A stretch of 63,990 nucleotides of DNA, counting the filler, from Octopus bimaculoides (lineage: Eukaryota), in the NCBI RefSeq assembly GCF_001194135.2. It is 6 parts of 6 records of this genome, joined end to end, with 100 filler letters (N's around TTAATTAATTAA, not from the genome) between each part and the next. Parts side by side here need not be neighbours in the genome. Positions count along the whole stretch, not along the records: positions 51,527 to 58,314 come from NC_069007.1; positions 58,415 to 63,990 come from NC_068981.1; 4 more parts are not named here. One strand, given 5' to 3'. Below are positions 53,894 to 63,284 of the stretch, one piece after another. Position numbers and translations under genes: made by a program. Below the pieces are notes generated by a model, which worked only from the letters and a program-made list of their open reading frames with translations, was not told where the DNA came from and ran no database searches. The first letter of the stretch is position 1. Every line of letters begins with the position of its first letter.

Positions 53894-55046
53894 TATATAC
53901 ACGTACACACATATATACATACACATATATATATATATATGTATATACAAACATCACATAAACACACATATGTATATACACATACACAGACATGCATACA
54001 TTTAAATGTATGTATACATACATGTGTGTGTGTGTGTATGTGTTTGTATTAAATATATGTATGTATATATGTGTGCATGTGTATATACCTGTGTATATAT
54101 ATATATGTGTATGTGTGTGTTTACATACACATTTTTTCAATTATGCAAAGGTACACACGTACATACAGGCACACACACACATACATAGACACACATACAA
54201 ACACACAGACCCTTAGACAGACATACAGACAGACAGACTGACACACACACACACACACACACTGTACTCACTCAACAACCATTGCAAACAGAGTGAAATC
54301 CAACCATGTGAAGATAGAGGGAGAGGAGAGAGAGGGAGAGAGGGAGGGAGAGAGGGAGATGAACAAGTGGAAGTTTGTTTGAATTTGTCGGGTCTTGAAC
54401 TGAGGTCAATGTTGATAATGAACAGGATGAAGGGGGAGGGTGGAGGGTNNNNNNNNNNNNNNNNNNNNNNNNNNNNNNNNNNNNNNNNNNNNNNNNNNNN
54501 NNNNNNNNNNNNNNNNNNNNNNNNNNNNNNNNNNNNNNNNNNNNNNNNNNNNNNNNNNNNNNNNNNNNNNNNNNNNNNNNNNNNNNNNNNNNNNNNNNNN
54601 NNNNNNNNNNNNNNNNNNNNNNNNNNNNNNNNNNNNNNNNNNNNNNNNNNNNNNNNNNNNNNNNNNNNNNNNNNNNNNNNNNNNNNNNNNNNNNNNNNNN
54701 NNNNNNNNNNNNNNNNNNNNNNNNNNNNNNNNNNNNNNNNNNNNNNNNNNNNNNNNNNNNNNNNNNNNNNNNNNNNNNNNNNNNNNNNNNNNNNNNNNNN
54801 NNNNNNNNNNNNNNNNNNNNNNNNNNNNNNNNNNNNNNNNNNNNNNNNNNNNNNNNNNNNNNNNNNNNNNNNNNNNNNNNNNNNNNNNNNNNNNNNNNNN
54901 NNNNNNNNNNNNNNNNNNNNNNNNNNNNNNNNNNNNNNNNNNNNNNNNNNNNNNNNNNNNNNNNNNNNNNNNNNNNNNNNNNNNNNNNNNNNNNNNNNNN
55001 NNNNNNNNNNNNNNNNNNNNNNNNNNNNNNNNNNNNNNNNNNNNNN

Positions 55047-55098
55047 ACTACCTTTGCGGACCGCCAGGGGCCCACGGACCACAGGTTAGGAACCACTG
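55047..55098. mobile_element. Terminus of a hAT-type MITE next to a gap
   Basis: ...CCACGGACCACAGGTTAGGAACCACTG end, resembling hAT (CAGTGGTTC) TIRs; other end hidden by the gap. Confidence 0.45.
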
Positions 55099-55520
55099 TT
55101 CTAATCACATGTCCATAGTACCGGAACTGTGATCTCTCGTTGTGGAGAAGTAGCGGCTCAACCGGAAAAGACTCCTTGATTTATGATCTACGCATCCGGT
55201 TGCCTTGCGAAATATCGAAGCTGTAAATATCTCGAACATTTACAAGAATTCTATCGATGATTCATTTTTCACGGTACTGGAAAAATGAAAAAAAGTTTGA
55301 CTACTCAAGCAAGAATTAAACGAAGGTCCTTTTACTTGGAATCTAACGATACGGAACCTGCCAACCATTCAAGGATACTCCAAGAGAAGGTCAATGGCTG
55401 CAAGCTCAAACGTAGACGAACTTCCAGCCATAAAGGGACAGCAAAATTGAAGGAAAATGAAATTAAGGTGGAGCTCCTGCATGGCCGCAATGCTACAACT
55501 GAAACCATTAAAAGAATAAC

Positions 55521-55566
<46 letters not shown>

Positions 55567-55593
55567 GTAATAATGATAATAATAATAATAATG

Positions 55594-55651
<58 letters not shown>

Positions 55652-55666
55652 TATTTAAAAAAAAAA

Positions 55667-55863
55667 GGATTGACGTAACTCTTCACGGAGGTAAATAGTC
55701 AAGACGAAGAGTGCGATTTTAGATGTTTTATTCTTTGAACAATATTTCGACAGAACGTCTGTCTTTCTCAAGTTCAAACCAAAAGGTGACTGAAAATTCA
55801 AACTTTCAGAAACCAAACGTAGACTATGAACGTGAGTAATCAGCGTTCATACGTTGATAGAAT
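55667..55863. repeat. ~200-bp interspersed repeat abutting a long (AAT)n tract
   Basis: Inverted homolog of 45829-46025. Confidence 0.85.
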
Positions 55864-55949
55864 TAATTCTGGTTTTATTGGCCACAAGGGCTAATATAAA
55901 TTAAAAACAAGGACAAAGACAGGACGAATAATAAAAAAAAAAATAAAAA

Positions 55950-55986
<37 letters not shown>

Positions 55987-56276
55987 GAATGTTGACTGTT
56001 TCTGAGGAGAATCCAAGAAGTGTGACGTACGTGACTTTGAACAAAATAACGTTCTCAATATACGAGCTACGCATCCGTAAATTCTGACATAGACGAACAG
56101 ACACACACACACGGAATCTAATGAAAAGAAGAAGCGCTCCCTTCATTGTTCAAGTGACGTCCTAGAAATGTCAGTCAAGACTCCCTTAAATCATACAATG
56201 CTACTTTATAAACAACGACGCCTTACACATCTAAGATATTAAAATTAGACGCAGGATTTCTCGACGAAACAAAAAC

Positions 56277-56330
<54 letters not shown>

Positions 56331-56333
<3 letters not shown>

Positions 56334-57143
56334 TCATATTATCTCTGGCTGCCCAGTCCTGGCTAAGAAGGAATATATTCACAGACACGACAGAGCTGGG
56401 ACCTATATACACTGGAAGCTATGCCAACATTATGGAATAACAACAGAAAAAAGATGGTATAAACACACGCCAGAAAAGGTCACAGAAAACGAGAAAGCAA
56501 CCATACTCTGGGATATGCCAATACACACAGATAGAGAAATTAAGGCAAATAGACCAGATATAGTTGTCAAAGATCATGAAGAAAAAAAATGCTTTCTAAT
56601 TGATGTATCAATACCAGCAGATGACAACGTTTCTCTANNNNNNNNNNNNNNNNNNNNNNNNNNNNNNNNNNNNNNNNNNNNNNNNNNNNNNNNNNNNNNN
56701 NNNNNNNNNNNNNNNNNNNNNNNNNNNNNNNNNNNNNNNNNNNNNNNNNNNNNNNNNNNNNNNNNNNNNNNNNNTTGAACAAAATAACGTTCTCAATATA
56801 CGAGCTACGCATCCGTAAATTCTGACATAGACGAACAGACACACACACACGGAATCTAATAACAGAAACAATTCCTATCATAGTAGGTGCCTTAGGTATA
56901 ATAAAAAAATATTCAGACAAATACATAACAAAAATAGCAGGACTTACAAATATATATAACATACAGAAAATTGCACTACTGGGTACTGCACACATTCTAC
57001 GCAAAACACTTTCAATACAGTAAACATAAGAGCACCACAGCAAACCACAGCACATACCCAAGGCGCACAGAGCTGCGCTCGGTAGTGAAGTGAAAGCACG
57101 TTATAAAAATAAAACTACTGAATAATAATAATAATAATAATAA
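56331..57143 (+). mobile_element. R4/Dong 5'-truncated copy spanning a gap
   Basis: HIISGCPVLAKKEYIHRHDR..LWDMPIHTDREIKANRPDIVVKD..LIDVSIP; after the gap TETIPIIVGALG..QKIALLGTAHILRKTLSIQ*; (AAT)n at both ends. Confidence 0.88.
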
Positions 57144-57633
57144 AAAGACTATTCAGGGATAACGACGTCCCCAGCTGCTTTGATCTTTTAGGTCGGGACA
57201 ATCAGGACTGACTTTGGGCTATAAAAACAAGAACAGCCACACACACACACACACACAAAACTTACAGTAGTTAATTTATTCACGCTGTAAGCGAATATGC
57301 TGATATATGCAAATGAACGGGAGTCGGTGTACGTTTCACATAGTATTTGTCAAAAAATAGTTGTCAGGTACTTCCGCTGTTAGCATTCCTATCCGCTTAT
57401 CTGTCTGTTTGTCTGTTTCTCTCTTTCTCTCTCTCTTTCTTTCACTCTTTCTCTCTCTCTCTCCCTCTATCTCCCCCTCTCTTTCCCACCCCAACACACT
57501 GCAAGCGAATGTACTGACATGCAAATGAACGAGAGTCAATTGTCAAAAATAGCTGTAAGCTACTTTCGCTGCCTGCCTTCTTACCTACATACCTATCTAC
57601 CTGCCTGCCTGCCTACCTACCTGCCTGCCTGCC

Positions 57634-57721
<88 letters not shown>

Positions 57722-58314
57722 CTCTTCTCTCTGTGTCACTCTATGTGTTGTTTGCTTTAACAGACCATGTAGAGGTGGTTGTTTTTGTGGTGGTGGTAGT
57801 AGTAGTAGTGGGGTTGATTATGGTATTATGGTGGTAGAGCTGTTGTAGTATGGTTAATAGTGGTAGTCCTAGAAGTGGTGGTAGATGTGGTAGCTGTAAT
57901 GTAGTTGATGATGGTCAACGTATAGCTAGCTTCGGCTGTCTTGGTGGTAGTGGTGGTAGTCATCGTCGTCGTAGTGGTGATGTGGTAGTTTTGGTGGTGG
58001 TGGTGGTAGTACACATGTGAGGTTAGTGGTGAAGGTGGTTGTGGTGGTAGTGTTTGTGGTGGTTTGACATCGTTGATATGGTGGTTAGTGGTAGAGATGA
58101 TGGATGTTGCAGTGGTGGTGATAGTAGTCGTCGTAGTAGTAGTAATAGTAGTAGTAGTTGTAGTAGCAACAGCAGCCGTAGTAGTAAAGGTAGTGGTGGT
58201 GGTGGTGGCGGTGGTGGCGTATGTTGTTAAAATTCCAGTAAAAAAAATTACCCTAAATCGGGGACCCTCACAAATTTTAAAAAGCAGGAATTCCCACCAC
58301 CGCCACCACCACTA

Positions 58315-58414
58315 NNNNNNNNNNNNNNNNNNNNNNNNNNNNNNNNNNNNNNNNNNNNTTAATTAATTAANNNNNNNNNNNNNNNNNNNNNNNNNNNNNN
58401 NNNNNNNNNNNNNN
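58315..58414. other. Artificial scaffold spacer
   Basis: 44N-TTAATTAATTAA-44N. Confidence 0.95.
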
Positions 58415-61228
58415 GGGATTTCTTTTTTTTTAAAGAAGACTAAGAGAAAAAGATGTTTTATATGACACATTCTACCAGTGTTCCAAGTTTCAAAGTGTTT
58501 CGTTAATGAAAAATGTGGCCCCCGTTTTAAAAAAGATCCCGTTTTAAAAAAGATCCCATACACGTATGCTGAAAATCGCCCAATTTCCCAAACCAACGCC
58601 GGCAAAAACATAACAGATACTATTTTATCCTCTTCCCATACTTATCTCGACCATCGTCATCATCAACACTGTCTCTGCTTTCACCACAATCACCGTCAAA
58701 ACTACGATCACTACAATCAGGTTCTTTACACAGTTGAAAATCCATTATCCGATACTCATGGGACCGAGATTGTTGCAGATTTTTGATTTTTCTAATTTCG
58801 GATTCCTTTATTAAAACCAGGTCTAAACACAATAGTTTATAGACATACTGTGAATGTAGTTCTATATAAATCTTTAATAATTTTTTTTATACTTAAGACC
58901 ATCAGAAATGTTAAGATATCAGCCTCTGCCCACGTTGTCATGCTTTGATTAAAAGGTTACAGCATGGATTAGAGTACTTAGATAAGTTTCAGCCGAAGTT
59001 GACTCAGGCCATATCTAATTTAATAGCACCACCTGGAAGAGATACACAGTCAGCAGAGGGTTATTGTTTTCAGAGACATATTGGGTGTGGGTGGTTTATC
59101 TGGTATTTGTTGGGGGTAATCCTCTCGGGATCGCTTGAATGTCGTGAGGTCACTTTCCTCCTTTATGTGTGTCTAGCACGATGTTGAAAAGAGCAGGGCC
59201 AATTGAGGTGAAATAGTTCTGTCATAGTGTTACGTACGACACGAACATTTTTGTAGTGGACTGATGGCACGGGGGCCAAGCCACGGACTAATTTTAAAAC
59301 AAGTCCCCAAAATTCCTAGTTTTCCCACTATACCAATGCCCAGACAACACCACTGACCAAACAAATAAATAGGGAAAATAATCTTATTCAAAAATACAGA
59401 CCACAACTCAACATACCCCCCACCCCGTACATATTATCAAAGAATATGTATATGTATTTTTCCATATATGTATTTTCATACTTACATTGTTTTTAACATT
59501 TTCATCTTATTATCAGAGAATGTGTGATAATCAGTATGTAACACTACAAAGCTTTATACTTTCAATATATTCCTCTTATTATCATCAAAGAATGTATATA
59601 TGCATTTTAATACTCAAACTGTTTTTTAACATTTTCTATTATTCTCAAAGACTTTTGATAATCTTTTTCTAAAAAAGTGAAACCGGTNNNNNNNNNNNNN
59701 NNNNNNNNNNNNNNNNNNNNNNNNNNNNNNNNNNNNNNNNNNNNNNNNNNNNNNNNNNNNNNNNNNNNNNNNNNNNNNNNNNNNNNNNNNNNNNNNNNNN
59801 NNNNNNNNNNNNNNNNNNNNNNNNNNNNNNNNNNNNNNNNNNNNNNNNNNNNNNNNNNNNNNNNNNNNNNNNNNNNNNNNNNNNNNNNNNNNNNNNNNNN
59901 NNNNNNNNNNNNNNNNNNNNNNNNNNNNNNNNNNNNNNNNNNNNNNNNNNNNNNNNNNNNNNNNNNNNNNNNNNNNNNNNNNNNNNNNNNNNNNNNNNNN
60001 NNNNNNNNNNNNNNNNNNNNNNNNNNNNNNNNNNNNNNNNNNNNNNNNNNNNNNNNNNNNNNNNNNNNNNNNNNNNNNNNNNNNNNNNNNNNNNNNNNNN
60101 NNNNNNNNNNNNNNNNNNNNNNNNNNNNNNNNNNNNNNNNNNNNNNNNNNNNNNNNNNNNNNNNNNNNNNNNNNNNNNNNNNNNNNNNNNNNNNNNNNNN
60201 NNNNNNNNNNNNNNNNNNNNNNNNNNNNNNNNNNNNNNNNNNNNNNNNNNNNNAATAGTAGACTACCGCCAGTAAACTCGACATGCTAGAAACAACAGGT
60301 AAACGACATTATTTCTGAAGAAACTTCCCCACTTTCCAAAAAGCTAAAAGTGAAATATTGGGAGTGTGTAGCTTTTTGAAGGTGGTGAAGTGATGGGTAA
60401 AATTCTTAAAGATTCATACTCTCTGTTTTTTCTCCATGGATTACCAAGAAAAAATATTTGAAAAAGTAAAAAATGAATTTGGTGTGGAGAGGGAGAAAAT
60501 TGAAATATTGAGAACGTGTTTTGTGGGTGAAATCCTAATGCCCTGAATTGCAAACATAGGAATTGGAAGAAGTTTAGGGAAAAAATGAGGTGAGGGAGCA
60601 GAAATGTCACCTTGGACATGCTAGAAAGAAGAGGTAAAGGACAAGATTTCTGGGAAAACTTTCTCTTAAGTTTATATCGAAGCTAAGGTTTTTAAATACA
60701 CCCATCACGGTGGTGCACCAGCATGACCGCAGCCACTTGGCTGAAACACATAAATAAATAAATCACAAACACAAATTACACAGAAAAAGATCATTTCAAT
60801 TGGATTTGAGCTTTAAATTTGCATGTGCACACCACAAGAAATAACATAATTTGCACAGAAGTTTTACCTAGAGTATGTGCATGTGTGTGTGTGTGCGTGT
60901 GTGTGTGTGTGTGTATGCATGTGTATGTGTGTGTATGTCAGGAAGTTATTTTATGGCATTCTTTCGTTTGAAGAAGAAAAGTTGTCAACTTGACATATAT
61001 GGCATCATATGATTGTTCGTTTGTGGACTTAGTAAATATTTCTTTCAGTAATTTATCATAGTTGTTTGCAAATATTGAATTAAAACTTGAAATGAAAACG
61101 TCAAAATAGAGAGTGAAGCTTTTTANNNNNNNNNNNNNNNNNNNNNNNNNNNNNNNNNNNNNNNNNNNNNNNNNNNNNNNNNNNNNNNNNNNNNNNNNNN
61201 NNNNNNNNNNNNNNNNNNNNNNNNNTAA

Positions 61229-61268
<40 letters not shown>

Positions 61269-61309
61269 TAGATAGATAGATAGAAATGCATTAGTATTTT
61301 CAGTATTAA

Positions 61310-61573
61310 TAGTGAAAGTATTGAATCTGAAAGTATCTCACATTACAATGGAGATGTTATTGTTTAACTTTTGGCATGTAATACTGAAATAGTTTAAGAG
61401 GTGAGAGATTGCTCCAGGCTTGCCTTAGGCATGAAGTTGTAAATCTTTTGTACCCATGACACTGCATGGACTCTAACTAAGGCATGTGTAAAATTTGAAT
61501 GAAATCAGTTTGGTAGTTCTCGAGTTTTAGTGATGCAGACAGATAGACATTGTCACTTTTATATATGTACTAG
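61310..61573 (+). mobile_element. Possible non-autonomous Helitron-like element 3' end
   Basis: AAATTTGAATGAAATCAGTTTGGTAGTTCTCGAG..CAGACAGATAGACATTG..TTTATATATGTACTAG resembles Helitron-N 3' ends terminating in CTAG. Confidence 0.35.
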
Positions 61574-61686
61574 CAGTTTTTTGGGTATAATCTATTTGGA
61601 TACAAAAGAAAAAGAAACGAAATGTAGAAATCTTGGAGAAAAGTAAAACCAAATACCACTTATATATATAATATGGAATGTATCTA

Positions 61687-61980
61687 ATACAGTTCTATAT
61701 TCAAGAGATGAGGAATTATGTACATTATTTACATCTTGTTTGTTGTTCACACGTTTTGGCTGATATACCCTGCAGCCTTCATCAGGTGTCTTGGGGAAAT
61801 TTCAAACCTGGGTTCTCAAGGTATTTTTTGATGTTATTATTATTATTATTATTATTATTATCATCATTATCATCATTATTATTATCATCATCATTATCAT
61901 TATTATTCAGGTCACTATCTGGAATCGAACTCGGAATCTTGGGGTTAGTAGCCCACGCTCTTAACCACTACACCATATGC
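61687..61980 (-). mobile_element. tRNA-headed SINE-like element with hammerhead-bearing tail (family A), left inverted copy
   Basis: Reverse complement reads GGGCATATGGTGTAGTGGTTAAG (A box)...GAGTTCGATTCC (B box), then (AAT/GAT)n, then a tail containing GACAC-CTGATGA-A-GGCTG..CAGCC. Confidence 0.75.
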
Positions 61981-61982
61981 CC

Positions 61983-62255
61983 GTGGTAGTGGTTAAGAAC
62001 GCGGACGACTAACCCCAAGATTCCGAGTTCGATTCTAGGCAGTGACCTGAACAACAACAACAACAACAACATTGAAAAATACCTTAGGAATGAGAATCCA
62101 GGTTCGAAATTTCCCCAAGACACCTGATGAAGGCTGGAGGGTATATCCGCCGAAACGTTGTATTAACAACAAACAAGATGAGGGCAAATATCCGTCAATT
62201 GTAAATAATGTAAATAATGTACATAATTCCTCATCTCTTAAATATAGAACTGTAT
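61983..62255 (+). mobile_element. Family A element, right copy (slightly 5'-truncated head)
   Basis: Reverse complement of 61687-61980 apart from the microsatellite and a ~30-nt indel. A/B boxes, (AAC)n, hammerhead tail. Confidence 0.75.
62119..62164 (+). ncRNA. Minimal type I hammerhead ribozyme motif (family A)
   Basis: Stem I GACAC / GTATT (GTGTT in the other copies), core CTGATGA plus an extra A, stem II GGCTG/CCGCC (CAGCC in the others), GAAAC, GTT cleavage triplet with a loopless palindromic AC-GT stem III. Confidence 0.65.
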
Positions 62256-62373
62256 GAGAACCAAGGTTCGAAATTTCCCCAAGACACCTAATGAAGGCTG
62301 GTGGGTATATCAGCCGAAAAGTTGTGTTAACAACAGACAGGATGAGGATAAACTTCCGTCATATGTAAATAAT
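62254..62373 (+). mobile_element. Family A direct partial repeat (tail only), hammerhead core mutated (CTAATGA, GAAAA)
   Basis: Direct repeat of ~62090-62210 starting immediately after the right copy. Confidence 0.75.
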
Positions 62374-62961
62374 GGATTGTATCCATCAGAAAGATGATCA
62401 ACAGTATTATTTCGAAGGTAAACCGTCTTTGAAAATAGATGAATATTGAAAAAGAATGGTTTCTCACTAATGATTACCGCCAGAGATCGAAACCTGATCC
62501 CTTACATGATCGTGATTATGGTATAACTAGTTTGATGCTCTCCCATCCACACCCACGCCCACACACTGACTTAAAATCCTCTTAACTTTCTGAATAATTT
62601 TTTTAAATGGAAATTTTCGCCGATAAAACCGTCATCAGCTATTCCATATGTACATCAGTAAAACTTTAGGAATATACGTTATGTAGATATACGAATTTAT
62701 TGTTATAGCATACGAATTCTGAGGAGGGGGGGGGCAAACAAACTGTGGTTATACTATTAAATACAATAATACTTAATTAAGTTATTATAATAGCTGTTTG
62801 TTAATTAAAATAATAGTCTTTTAATTTATTGATATCTGTAACTTTTAATATGAGTGTTTTATTATTTTTTGGTTGTAATTAAATCTGATGTTTCTTTGTT
62901 TATTCTCGTTAGTGTGCGAGTTATTTCAGCGTTACGATATTTTCTCTAGTTTTCTAGTATG

Positions 62962-63040
62962 ATTGGAGTGTTTAGAAGTACTTTCGTATGTTATGTGACG
63001 TCATAAAAATATAGTGCGATATTAGAACCAGTAGTCAGTC
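62962..63040 (+). promoter_or_regulatory. Candidate core promoter of the scramblase gene
   Basis: ATTGG (inverted CCAAT) 62962-66, perfect CRE TGACGTCA 62996-63003, TATA-like CATAAAAA 63002-09, Inr-like TCAGTC 63035-40 at canonical spacing, about 250 nt before the ATG. Confidence 0.45.
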
Positions 63041-63284
63041 ACAGTTTCCCTTTCAAGAACTAGTGGTTCAAGGGAAAGAGATAGAAACAGTTCTAAGAGG
63101 AGATCGCCATTTTTAGTTGCCTAGAAGCCACACGTAGCTACTGGTGTTTATTTAATTCAGCATTTTGGATCGCATAATCACAACTTTTGTAAATCTATTT
63201 ATATAATCTATTCTGATATCAAGTATCAACTAACAGAAGTTTCAAGTCAGTTATCAATTCTGATTACTTGCAAAAACAAAAAAA

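Noticed and set aside
785-60284. Long ORFs full of X
   Set aside because: Read-through of N gaps.
61907-62050. tRNA gene calls for the tRNA-like heads (also the SINE heads at 13153 and 41988)
   Set aside because: Acceptor and anticodon stems do not close, and the heads continue into repeat bodies; they are SINE heads, not tRNA genes.
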